Shown: positions 1 to 9,160 of the stretch, one piece after another
Numbering within the stretch: the stretch's first letter is position 1
Layout: each line of letters begins with the position of its first letter
NCBI GenBank assembly: GCA_016930295.1
Contig: JAFGHE010000269.1
Span: 1-56,167, forward strand
DNA length: 56,167 nt
Direction of reading: 5' to 3'
Origin: Sedimentisphaerales bacterium
GTDB lineage: Bacteria > Planctomycetota > Phycisphaerae > Sedimentisphaerales > SM23-30
Notes under the pieces: model-generated
The model's input: only the letters and a program-made list of their open reading frames with translations
What the model was told of the DNA's origin: nothing
Database searches by the model: none
Translations under genes and position numbers: made by a program

Positions 1-507
1 ATTGACATTCCTTTTGCTACGGCAGAGTTTCTGGTTGACAGATATGGGGATAAGAAGCTTTTATATTGCCCCTCGAATAGAGTAACCAAGGACTTTGGTA
101 TTAATGAGCGTTATGTAAGTCATGAGAGTTATGGCTGGGTCGTTACAGACTACTTCTGGATGATGACTTTTGGCCTTGACTGGCGGAAATCAGATCTAAA
201 TCTGAATAACAGTACAGATAATTACTATAACAATCCACCATATAAGACGAAGATATTTGCCGATAAGTTTAACGTTCGCCGTGCGTCTGAACAACCCATG
301 ACGGCAGACTTTGTGGGCTTCCAAGATGGTACTAATGAAGACTTTACAAGAATTCAGGGGTGGGACCTGTTCAGTACAAATCATATTTCGTCGAATGGTG
401 AACCCGACGGCGGCAACACGGTGTTTTTTGATGGCCATACCGAATGGGTTCATTTTGATAGCATGGAAGTGCGGTACTATTCCCAAACTTTGCATCATTG
501 GTGGTAA
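1..507 (+). CDS. Prepilin-type/DUF1559 family protein, C-terminal part (H-X9-DG motif); 5' end outside the window
   Basis: Frame 1 is open from base 1 (IDIPFATAEFLVDRYGDKKLLYCPSN...). It has a YCPSN motif and the C-terminal NH...GGNTVFFDGHTEW typical of PVC prepilin-type proteins. Confidence 0.8.
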   Translation: MDIPFATAEFLVDRYGDKKLLYCPSNRVTKDFGINERYVSHESYGWVVTDYFWMMTFGLDWRKSDLNLNNSTDNYYNNPPYKTKIFADKFNVRRASEQPMTADFVGFQDGTNEDFTRIQGWDLFSTNHISSNGEPDGGNTVFFDGHTEWVHFDSMEVRYYSQTLHHWW

Positions 508-850
508 GAACGTCTGTATAGCGTCATAGTTTTTTGAGAGTTATCTATTTGTCTCATTAAATAGCTCATTGATTATTTTGTTTTTGCTGAAGTTACCAGG
601 TATAGGGTTTGCCTATACTGTAACATTATAAAGTTTATTTTTATAGTCACAGGCGAGAAATTAGTAGATTATTTTACGTGTAAAGGAGAATTTGTCAAGA
701 AAAGAGAAATTTTCCATGGTTTGACTGTTGAGGTGTTGTGTCTGGATACATATAGATTCGGGCGCGGCAATGGTTTAATCTCTATACTCGTGAGATTTGG
801 CGTAATTGGCTAAAAAAGGAAACCTAAATCGTGCTCTTAAGGAGAAAGTG

Positions 851-2815
851 ATGAAGAAATTGTTTATGTTGTTATTGATGCTGACATTGGGCCTTTGTAT
901 AGGCTCTAATGCCCAGGCGCAGAATTTATTGTTGAATACTGGATTTGATGACGGTGGATCCGGAAACTTCTGTGCTCCCGGCGCAGACCTGGATTACTGG
1001 ACCGATGTAGGATGCAATGGCTGGATACATTCGGATACTGTTGGAGGACTTCCAAGATTCCAGGGTGTTCAGACATTTAAGATATATGCTACTGACACAA
1101 GTGTCTATCAGGACGTTGCCGTTTCAGCCGGTTTTCCCTATGTTTTCAGCGTAGAAATTTTATCGCCCACGGCTCCTAACCCCTGGGGTGGCTCGGATCA
1201 GTTGACCGGGGGTCGCGATGCGATTATCATTGCCCAGTGGTTAGATGGTTCGGCAGTTCAGATTGGCGCCGACGTAATAGTGGCACGGTTTGTTGGCGGT
1301 GTTGATCCTGATGATACCTGGTACCCCATTTCTGGTTCCGCTACCGCACCTACCGGGGCCGCTAGCGTTCGCTTCAGACTTACTATTGATGACGTCTCCA
1401 GTTCCGTCGGAGCCCCTAACTATGAAAACGCGTCCTTGGTTCTTGGTGTCGATCCGGACAAAGCTGTTGGCGGTTTGCCTAACGGCGGCTTTACTAATCC
1501 CGGCGGCTTTGCCAATCCCGATACCACGACAGAACTAACCTGGACTAATCCCAGTAATACTCCGTCTTTGACCCAGATTTACCTGGATCAGGGACCTAAT
1601 CCAGAGGATCCAAACATTGATACTGCTCCGCTTTATGATTCCTGCACAGATGCCTGTGAATCATCTGCGGTTACCCTGACCGAAGGAAATTATTATCTCT
1701 GGCGGGTGGTGTGTGATGGTAATCCCAGTGCTGTCTGGGCCTTCAATACTGTCAACACGGCACCTGCTACCAGTGCCGGCCCGGATGAAAATGCCTGGCT
1801 GGTAAGTGGTGAGGTGGTTGTAACTCTCAGTGGTTCTGCCGATGACAATGACGGTTATCCCGGCGATCCTCTTACTTATAACTGGACCCAGACCGGTGGT
1901 ACGACCATGGCAATGACGGGTGAAACCACCCTGACCCCTGAGGTGACCTTTACGGCCGCTGGCTCCTATATATTCCAACTGGAAGCCGACGATGGCGTGG
2001 ACAGTGCCACGGATGATGTAACAATCACTGTTTATGCCGAAGCGGATGATCGGCTGGTGGCTCACTGGTCGTTTGAAGACAATCTGCTGGCTACCGTTGG
2101 TACCGGTATCGATGGGTCCGCAGCCGGCACCAACCCCATTGCCTATAACAGTGGTGTTGTGGGCCAGGCCCTGGAACTGGATGGTACCAACTATGTTGAG
2201 ATTGCCTCCAGCGTCGCGGATCCCAACATATTGCATTACAGCGATGAAATTACCGTCTCGGCCTGGGTCAGAGCCAATGTCGCCGGAACCTTTGGTCCCC
2301 AATTTTCCGGTGTGGTAACCAAGGGTGACAGTTCCTGGCGTGTTGCTATTGATGGTGGTGGGCAAAGTGCTGAATTTTCCGCTACCGGTGTGGGCAATAA
2401 CCAGTATGGTGCTATCTCGGGTGTCCAGGTTATTAGCGACAGCAACTGGCATCATGTTGTCGGTGTCGTTAATGGTAGCCAGATTCAGATTTATATCGAT
2501 GGAGTTCTCGATAATGCCGAAGATATTACAGATCCCATCGACAAGAATGAATTTGGTGTCTTCATCGGTAATAATGCCGAAGAGCCCGCTCGTAGGATTA
2601 ATGCCAGAATCGACGAAGTTCGTATTTTCGACAAAGGGCTTTCAGCTGCCCGGGTGCTGGCTCTGTATGCCGGTGACGGTGGCGGCGCTGCCTGTGGTCA
2701 GAACTACGCCGACACGGACTTTAATCATGACTGCAGAACGGATGAAATTGACCTGTTGATACTGGCTACCGGATGGCTTGATTGTACCGATTTAACCGGT
2801 GTTAACTGTAACTAA
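851..2815 (+). CDS. Secreted CBM4/9-like + PKD/Ig + LamG (concanavalin A-like) protein with single C-terminal dockerin-like repeat
   Basis: RBS AAGGAG before ATG 851; signal peptide; NLLLNTGFD...W.PISGSATAPTGA (CBM4/9-like); AGPD...YIFQLEADDG (PKD); LVAHWSFE...WHHVVGV...IDEVRIFD (LamG); DFNHDCRTDEIDLLILATGWL. Confidence 0.8.
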   Translation: MKKLFMLLLMLTLGLCIGSNAQAQNLLLNTGFDDGGSGNFCAPGADLDYWTDVGCNGWIHSDTVGGLPRFQGVQTFKIYATDTSVYQDVAVSAGFPYVFSVEILSPTAPNPWGGSDQLTGGRDAIIIAQWLDGSAVQIGADVIVARFVGGVDPDDTWYPISGSATAPTGAASVRFRLTIDDVSSSVGAPNYENASLVLGVDPDKAVGGLPNGGFTNPGGFANPDTTTELTWTNPSNTPSLTQIYLDQGPNPEDPNIDTAPLYDSCTDACESSAVTLTEGNYYLWRVVCDGNPSAVWAFNTVNTAPATSAGPDENAWLVSGEVVVTLSGSADDNDGYPGDPLTYNWTQTGGTTMAMTGETTLTPEVTFTAAGSYIFQLEADDGVDSATDDVTITVYAEADDRLVAHWSFEDNLLATVGTGIDGSAAGTNPIAYNSGVVGQALELDGTNYVEIASSVADPNILHYSDEITVSAWVRANVAGTFGPQFSGVVTKGDSSWRVAIDGGGQSAEFSATGVGNNQYGAISGVQVISDSNWHHVVGVVNGSQIQIYIDGVLDNAEDITDPIDKNEFGVFIGNNAEEPARRINARIDEVRIFDKGLSAARVLALYAGDGGGAACGQNYADTDFNHDCRTDEIDLLILATGWLDCTDLTGVNCN

Positions 2816-2848
2816 GCGCTTTTATTTAACATATCAAGGAGAAAGATA

Positions 2849-4843
2849 ATGAAAAAAACGCTAATAGTTTTAATGATAATGATATTATTGACAACGTCAC
2901 AGGCTTTTGCGGCAAATTCGCTGTATAATCCGGGCTTTGAGGATCCAGGCGCTACTGCTACGGGAGCTGATGTATGGGCCATGTGGCCGGAGACTATTGC
3001 ACTTGTTTACCACCAAAACGACCCCCTGGCACACGATGGTGATGATTTCATGGAACTGGCATACCCCCCTGAAACATGGGGAGTACTCTACCAGGACACT
3101 GGTAGTGAAAGTCCCGCAACTGCCGGCAACCAGTATACCTTTGGTGCTTACATGAGACTTCCTGCTGGTGGTTCTACAGTTAACGCTGCCATGAAGGTTG
3201 AATGGTACGCCAATTCGGGTGAGCCTCATGATAATGTTATAAGCGAACCGGAACAGCCGATCGTTATCGCCAGTGAAACCTGGACCGTGGTCTCTGCTAC
3301 GGTTACAGCCCCTGCTGGCGCCAACTACGGGAAAGTGGTGTTTGTTGCCGCAGCGGACCCCTATTACATCGATGATGCCTTCTTCTGTGAAGGCACTTCA
3401 CCTTGTATTGGGCCTACCGAACCAGATCCTGCTGATGGAAGTTTCGTGGATCCCTGCGATTTTGACAATAACCTCAGTTGGACTAACAGCGAGCCTGTTT
3501 GTCCTGGAGATGCGGTTAGTGTAGATGTATGGTATCGTCTCGATGATCCAAACGTTTTAGGCGGGACAAAGATCGTCGACAAACAGGCCGTATCGACCGT
3601 TAATATTGTCACTGCCGGACAGGCTGCGGTCGTTTTGGATCACGATTACTTCTGGACAGTGATCACGTATGATCCGGATACTTGTGGTGATGGTGAGGAT
3701 ATCATAGAAGGCCCTGTCTGGTCTTTCACTACCATTAACACGGCACCTGCCGTAACAGCCGGCTTTGATCAGAATGCCTGGCTCGAATCCGGCACCGTAA
3801 CGGTTGATCTTAATGGTGACGTAACCGATGATGTAGATAATTACCCGGGACCGCTCACCTGGCAATGGTCAGCCACCGGTGGCGTGATTGACGATGATAT
3901 GGCAATAGATACCACGATAACCTTCACGGCTCCAGGAACCTATACAGTCACTCTGGATGCCAGTGACGGCGATCTGCCGGGTACGGATTCGTTTGATATT
4001 ACCGTGTACGCCGAAGGAACTGCCGGTGACTATCTCGTAGCTCACTATCCGTTTGATGTTGATGCTTCAGATGCGACCGGACACGGCCATAACGGGACCT
4101 ATAACGGCGATGCCACGGTCTCTGGGGCTGATACTCAGGTTGGCGCCGGAGCTCTTTTACTCGACGGGACCGATGACTATGTGTATATCGCAGACAGTGC
4201 CGATCCCTGTGACCCCTGTGTCATCACCTGGGCCGATTTTGGTTCATCCGGGGTGTCGGAAGAAGTAACAATATCGGTATGGATCAAGCCTGCTGAGTGG
4301 TCAACTTCCTGGACCCAGATTGTATCAAAGGGGTTCTTGGCGGATCCAAACGAAAGTGGTTATAGACTTACCAGGCCTGACTATGATAGTGCTGTGTTCA
4401 CCTGTGGTGGTTTGCCATGGGATAATGGTACGGTTTGGGGTGGCGGCCAGTATACTCTGGGTGATGGTAGCTGGCATCACTTGGCGGCTGTCTGGGATGG
4501 CGGAAGAGTGGCCCTCTACATTGACGGCAATCTTCAGTACTACATGCCTGAGCCGCATGGGACATTGCTGCTCAAAAATGGCATGCAACTTCAGATCGGT
4601 GCTAACCAGGGAGCTGATTCTTCACAGCACTTCAACGGTCTTATCGACGATGTTCGCATATACGATGTTGGTCTTTCACACGCTGAGGTCCTCAAGCTCT
4701 ACGCATCTCAGGGTGGAAGCGGTACATGTGGATTGGAGTATGCAGATATCGATCTGACCCAGAATTGCGTGGTAAACCTCGAGGACTTTAATTTGTTTGC
4801 AGCTGAGTGGCTCGATTGCAGAGATCCCATTACCTGCCCATAA
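2849..4843 (+). CDS. Secreted CBM4/9-like + PKD/Ig + LamG protein with single dockerin-like repeat (paralog of upstream gene)
   Basis: RBS AAGGAG; signal peptide; NSLYNPGFE; LVAHYPFD...WHHLAAVWDG...IDDVRIYD; DLTQNCVVNLEDFNLFAAEWL. Confidence 0.8.
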   Translation: MKKTLIVLMIMILLTTSQAFAANSLYNPGFEDPGATATGADVWAMWPETIALVYHQNDPLAHDGDDFMELAYPPETWGVLYQDTGSESPATAGNQYTFGAYMRLPAGGSTVNAAMKVEWYANSGEPHDNVISEPEQPIVIASETWTVVSATVTAPAGANYGKVVFVAAADPYYIDDAFFCEGTSPCIGPTEPDPADGSFVDPCDFDNNLSWTNSEPVCPGDAVSVDVWYRLDDPNVLGGTKIVDKQAVSTVNIVTAGQAAVVLDHDYFWTVITYDPDTCGDGEDIIEGPVWSFTTINTAPAVTAGFDQNAWLESGTVTVDLNGDVTDDVDNYPGPLTWQWSATGGVIDDDMAIDTTITFTAPGTYTVTLDASDGDLPGTDSFDITVYAEGTAGDYLVAHYPFDVDASDATGHGHNGTYNGDATVSGADTQVGAGALLLDGTDDYVYIADSADPCDPCVITWADFGSSGVSEEVTISVWIKPAEWSTSWTQIVSKGFLADPNESGYRLTRPDYDSAVFTCGGLPWDNGTVWGGGQYTLGDGSWHHLAAVWDGGRVALYIDGNLQYYMPEPHGTLLLKNGMQLQIGANQGADSSQHFNGLIDDVRIYDVGLSHAEVLKLYASQGGSGTCGLEYADIDLTQNCVVNLEDFNLFAAEWLDCRDPITCP

Positions 4844-4875
4844 TATCATCTCATGTGATATAAGTTAGTTGATTC

Positions 4876-4910
4876 ACCGGGTGTTCAGGATTCTGGACAC
4901 CCGGTTTTTT
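4876..4910 (+). terminator. Rho-independent terminator
   Basis: Stem ACCGGGTGTTCAG / CTGGACACCCGGT followed by a T run, 32 nt after the stop codon. Confidence 0.8.
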
Positions 4911-5456
4911 ATGCGCGCAACGACTCCGCATCCGCTGGAGCGGTTTCTGGTAGAATCATACAGGGTGAGAGATTTAGCAATGCACCCGATGAAAGATTGA
5001 ATGGGGCAGCCTGGCAGTTAAATGGAAATATCTGCCCTTCGCCATAAATAAGTGATGGGCTGATATTAACTTTGGATCGCATTTTTACAGAAAAATAATT
5101 TTTTTTTAGATTCCGTAACAAGCCACCCCGGTACAATAAACCGATAGTAAGCGATTCGCCGGGCGATTACTATTCATCTAAAGAAATCGTTTGGAATTTT
5201 AAGTATTTACGATAATTTTAGGTAATCACAAAAATTCAGTAGCAAAAAACAGCTAATCATAATGCTACCCATTGACATATAAGCCTTTGATTTCGAGTAT
5301 GTTATGGCTTTGAGATTACTGGTCAGTGACAATTAGAACCTGGTGCGCTAAGCCATAATTTTTTAACCTCCAATCCCCTCAAATGGCAAAAATGGCACAT
5401 GATTTTTAAGTTGTTTTTTGTCAGGGGATTATGATACAGAAAATGCTTGAATTACA

Positions 5457-5472
5457 TAGAAATCGGTTGCTA
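5457..5472. promoter_or_regulatory. LacI-type operator palindrome (TAGAAATCGGTTGCTA)
   Basis: AAnCGnTT core. 5452-5473 matches 19417-19438 (upstream of the LacI gene) at 20 of 22 nt. Confidence 0.7.
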
Positions 5473-5506
5473 AATGCAAAAAACACCTTTTTTTGGAAAA
5501 TTAGTC

Positions 5507-5535
5507 TTGACAGAGTGGGGAAAAATTGATAAAAT
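5507..5535 (+). promoter_or_regulatory. Sigma70-type promoter of PEP-CTERM gene
   Basis: TTGACA-17 nt-TAAAAT with extended -10 TG. Confidence 0.65.
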
Positions 5536-5755
5536 TCGGATATTAAAAGGAAAGGAAGAAAATGTATACGCCAACAAATTCTCTTCCGGTATTAACAATA
5601 TCTTTTAAACATATAGTTAGTTTCTCTGGAATGTGTATTTATTTGTATATTGTGTGTGAGTGATGGTGTGGTGAGTGTATTATTTTGTGGCCTGTAGATA
5701 AAATTAAGGCCTGGTTGTTAAAAGGAAAAACATTTCTCTTTTGGAGGAAAATGTG

Positions 5756-6373
5756 ATGAAAAATTTAATGGTAATTTTGTTAATATTGGCATTGGCCGGT
5801 TTCGCTCATGCGGAAATGCTCACAGCCAATAGAGGCTTTGAGGCCGGCGACACCAGTGACTGGTTGCAGTGGGGATCTGGTTCTGGTTCTGCCACGGGTG
5901 GTTGGAACAGTTGGCAAGACACCTGGGGGGCGGTAAATGACGGTACCGCCTATGAAGGTGACTGGTATGTCAACCTGACCCAGGACAACAACTGGTGGGG
6001 TTACAATCTGTGCTGGCAGGGCGAAGCAACGCTTATCCCGGTGGGTGCCGGCGTAAATCTTACGATGGGCGCCATGGTCAGGACTGCAGATGCAGATCCA
6101 TTCCTGAAGCTGGAATTTTATGATGCTGGCGGTGTCAACCTTGGCTTAGATTACGAAGTCAACTTTGGTACTACTATTGTCAAAGACGATACCTGGCAGT
6201 ACATCTCAATTAATTATCTAACACCTGCTGGTACGGATCATATTAGAGCCGGAATGGGCGCCAATAATGGTGTGTTCTCCGTTGACTTTGATGATGTATC
6301 AGTGATTCCTGAACCAATGACCCTGAGTCTTCTTGGTTTGGGCGGACTGTTCCTGCGTCGTCGCAGAGCATAA
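5756..6373 (+). CDS. PEP-CTERM protein with CBM4/9-like domain
   Basis: RBS GGAGG; signal peptide; ANRGFE...WQYISINYLTPAG...FDDVSV; ends IPEPMTLSLLGLGGLFLRRRRA. Confidence 0.88.
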   Translation: MKNLMVILLILALAGFAHAEMLTANRGFEAGDTSDWLQWGSGSGSATGGWNSWQDTWGAVNDGTAYEGDWYVNLTQDNNWWGYNLCWQGEATLIPVGAGVNLTMGAMVRTADADPFLKLEFYDAGGVNLGLDYEVNFGTTIVKDDTWQYISINYLTPAGTDHIRAGMGANNGVFSVDFDDVSVIPEPMTLSLLGLGGLFLRRRRA

Positions 6374-6408
6374 GCTGATACCCTTAAAAAACTAACTTTA
6401 TGTAAAGT

Positions 6409-6448
6409 AACGGCCCTTTGCCTTGATAAGGCATGGGGCTGTTTTTTT
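6409..6448 (+). terminator. Rho-independent terminator
   Basis: Imperfect stem AACGGCCCTTTGCCTT / AAGGCATGGGGCTGTT plus T7. Confidence 0.65.
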
Positions 6449-6554
6449 ATTTACAGAACGAACCTCCTGTTATTTATCGGAATAATAGGCTTGAAAAGCA
6501 TGTGAAGTTCGATACAATAGAATTTTGCCTGGCTTTATAGGGTATAGAGTTTTT

Positions 6555-8753
6555 ATGAGACTGAAGATAATTATTACAATAGTGGTTCTGGGGGCGGTTT
6601 TGGCAGGCTATCTTTTTTTGAGTCCCAAGCCGGTCATCCGGCATGTTATTTTAATCAGCATGGATACGACGCGGTCAGATTTTTTAAGCTGTTATGGCTA
6701 TCCGTGTGATACAACCCCTAATATCGATGTTTTGGCTCAGACAGGCGTTCTTTTCGAGAACGTTATTACGCCGCAGCCTTATACGCTCCCTGCTCACTGT
6801 TCCATGTTAACCGGGACGGTTCCACCTTATCATGGAGTGCTGGACAACAAGGGATATATTCTTGGAAAAGATAATGTTGTCCTTGCTGAAATTTTAAAGA
6901 AAAATGGTTTTTCTACCGCAGGATTTATAAGTGCTTTTGTTCTTGATTCGCAGTTTGGCCTTGACCAGGGATTTGACGTTTACGATGATGAGTTCGAAAA
7001 TGAGCAAATTACGGTGGCCATCGTGGAACGAACCGGTGATGAGACGACCAGGCATGTGATCAAGTGGCTCGAGGAGAAAAGAGGAGAGAAGAATTTTGTC
7101 TTTTTGCATTATTATGATCCGCATATGAGCTATGAAGCCCCGGAACCTTTCAGGTCAAAGTTTGCCATTCCCTCTGGAAAGATACCAATGAATCCAAAAC
7201 AAGACCAGGGCAGGAGAGACGCGTATGCGGGGGAAATAGCCTTTACGGATCATTGCATCGGCCGGGTGATAGAAAAGTTAAAAGAGCTTGAAATGTATGA
7301 TTCAAGTTTGATAATAATAACTGCTGACCATGGTGAGGGTCTTGGGGATCATAAAGAGACTACGCATGGGTATTTTATATATCAGGATACAGTCAAAGTT
7401 CCATTAGTGATCAAAGTTCCAGGTAGCAGCAAAGGGCGTAGAATTAAATCGCCGGTTGGCCTGATAGATATTGTCCCGACCGTATGCTCGCTTTTAGGGT
7501 TGGAGACGCCGGCTGGAATCCAGGGGGAAAATCTTAATCCTTATATTAATGGTCAAGAACAGGTATATCCTGACAGGCATCTTTTTACCCAGGGGCTTGA
7601 GGCGACGGTATACGGGGGCAATTCGTTGCTGGGTGTTGTTAACGACCGGTACAAGTACATTCAGACAACCCGTCCGGAGCTTTATGATCTTGTTAATGAT
7701 CCTGGAGAACATAACAACCTGTTTGCTAAGGAATTGAATCGTTCTCGTATAATGAAGGACCGGCTGGCTCAGATGCTGGAGGAGACGGTTCGCAGGGATG
7801 CTGCCTTCGGGGCAAAAAATATGATGGATGACGATACCCGCAACCGTTTGGAGAGTTTGGGGTATGTAGGCAGGACAGTTAGTGAGGATTTAAGCTTCGA
7901 TCAAAGCAAGGAAGATCCCAAGGACCTTATCGATTATCATGTTCTTAACGCGCAACTGGCGCCCCTGGTAACTCATGAAAAATTCACTTTGGCCCGGGAT
8001 TTATGCCGGAAGTTGATTTCACTAAAGCCGGGATTTTATAAGCCTTATTTCGATCTGGCCAAGGTGGCGATGAAGGAAAAAAATTACCAGGATGTGATTA
8101 TCAACCTGGAAAAAACCCTTGAGCTTAAACCCGGCTATATAGAGGCTTACGAGGGGCTGGCGGATGTTTACGATTCGCTGGGAAAGCCGGATAAGGTTCT
8201 TGAACAATATAAAAAAATATTGGAGCTTCAACCTGATAATGTAAAAGTGTATTTTCTTTTAAGCGAGATTCTTTATGATCAGGGTAAATATGACCAGGCG
8301 GATAAATATTTTACCAGACAATTGACGAAAAATCCCTCGTATGAAGATATGGCTGTTACGCTGGCTGAAAAACTACTCGCTAAACAGCAGAATAAGCTGG
8401 CGTATAAACACTTCCTGAGGATCCTGGAAACGGATTCTGAATCTATAGAAACCCTGAACTCTTTGGCCTGGCTGGAGGGGGCTTCAAAAATCGAAGGGAT
8501 TAGAAATCCCGACAAAGCCCTCAAGAATGCTCTTAAGGCTTGTGAGCTTACCAGTTATGAGCAGGCAGAAGTTGTCGATACTTTGGCGGTGGCATATGCG
8601 GCGTTGGGGCAATATGAAATGGCCATAAAGATGGCTGAAAAAGCGGTGCGATTGGCCGATAAGGAAGGCGATAATGGTTTGTCTCAACGTATTGGAACCC
8701 GTTTGAGACTATATAAGTCCGGCAGGATGTTTGTAGATGAGAGCCTGAATTAG
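6555..8753 (+). CDS. Membrane-anchored sulfatase-like (alkaline phosphatase superfamily) protein with C-terminal TPR repeats
   Basis: N-terminal TM segment; VILISMDTTRSD, TPNID, TLPAHCSMLTG, HYYDPH, ITADHGE, VPLVIK; TPR helices and NSLAWL...DTLAVAYA tail. Confidence 0.85.
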   Translation: MRLKIIITIVVLGAVLAGYLFLSPKPVIRHVILISMDTTRSDFLSCYGYPCDTTPNIDVLAQTGVLFENVITPQPYTLPAHCSMLTGTVPPYHGVLDNKGYILGKDNVVLAEILKKNGFSTAGFISAFVLDSQFGLDQGFDVYDDEFENEQITVAIVERTGDETTRHVIKWLEEKRGEKNFVFLHYYDPHMSYEAPEPFRSKFAIPSGKIPMNPKQDQGRRDAYAGEIAFTDHCIGRVIEKLKELEMYDSSLIIITADHGEGLGDHKETTHGYFIYQDTVKVPLVIKVPGSSKGRRIKSPVGLIDIVPTVCSLLGLETPAGIQGENLNPYINGQEQVYPDRHLFTQGLEATVYGGNSLLGVVNDRYKYIQTTRPELYDLVNDPGEHNNLFAKELNRSRIMKDRLAQMLEETVRRDAAFGAKNMMDDDTRNRLESLGYVGRTVSEDLSFDQSKEDPKDLIDYHVLNAQLAPLVTHEKFTLARDLCRKLISLKPGFYKPYFDLAKVAMKEKNYQDVIINLEKTLELKPGYIEAYEGLADVYDSLGKPDKVLEQYKKILELQPDNVKVYFLLSEILYDQGKYDQADKYFTRQLTKNPSYEDMAVTLAEKLLAKQQNKLAYKHFLRILETDSESIETLNSLAWLEGASKIEGIRNPDKALKNALKACELTSYEQAEVVDTLAVAYAALGQYEMAIKMAEKAVRLADKEGDNGLSQRIGTRLRLYKSGRMFVDESLN

Positions 8754-8838
8754 ACGCCGGTAATTGGCTAAACAGCATGATATGTTTATGACGTAACTTT
8801 TTTACAGCCGTACGGCTGCCCCATTATAAGTTGAGTAA

Positions 8839-8854
8839 TAGCAATCGGTTATAA
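8839..8854. promoter_or_regulatory. LacI-type operator (TAGCAATCGGTTATAA)
   Basis: Reverse complement shares AACCGATTGCTA exactly with the site at 19422-19437. Confidence 0.55.
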
Positions 8855-8983
8855 AATCCATGGTTTTCATTGGGTTTCGTTTGGCGACATGGTTTTCGTA
8901 AATACGTGTGTCATAGAAAGCCGTATGAAATCTTTCTGAAAAATGCGAACAGTGTATCAGGACCGAATAGGGTTAATTTCGTT

Positions 8984-8999
8984 TAGCAACCGATTGTTC
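8984..8999. promoter_or_regulatory. LacI-type operator (TAGCAACCGATTGTTC) abutting a -35 box
   Basis: Reverse complement shares AATCGGTTGCTAAA (14 nt) with the 5457 site; lies directly before TTGATT at 9000. Confidence 0.65.
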
Positions 9000-9028
9000 T
9001 TGATTTATAAGTGGATACATGTTATAAT
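9000..9028 (+). promoter_or_regulatory. Sigma70-type promoter of CotH gene
   Basis: TTGATT-17 nt-TATAAT with extended -10 TG. Confidence 0.6.
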
Positions 9029-9160
9029 ACCCTATATTTGATGCTCTCTTTTAAAATTAGCTAATAACACTAAAAAAAACGTCTATTTGACAGAATCAGG
9101 CTTGACCGGCCCTTTGGCGCCGACGTCATTTTTATTATAATTTCCTGGAGGGAACCTTTC

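Noticed and set aside
592-624. Hairpin GTTAC..GTATAGG / CCTATAC..GTAAC after the first gene
   Set aside because: No clear U-tract; cannot distinguish a terminator from a chance or stabilising hairpin.
5030-5075. TTCGCCATAAA...GCTGAT resembling a fluoride riboswitch
   Set aside because: The pairing 5' GGCGATGG strand is missing and no fluoride-related gene lies downstream.
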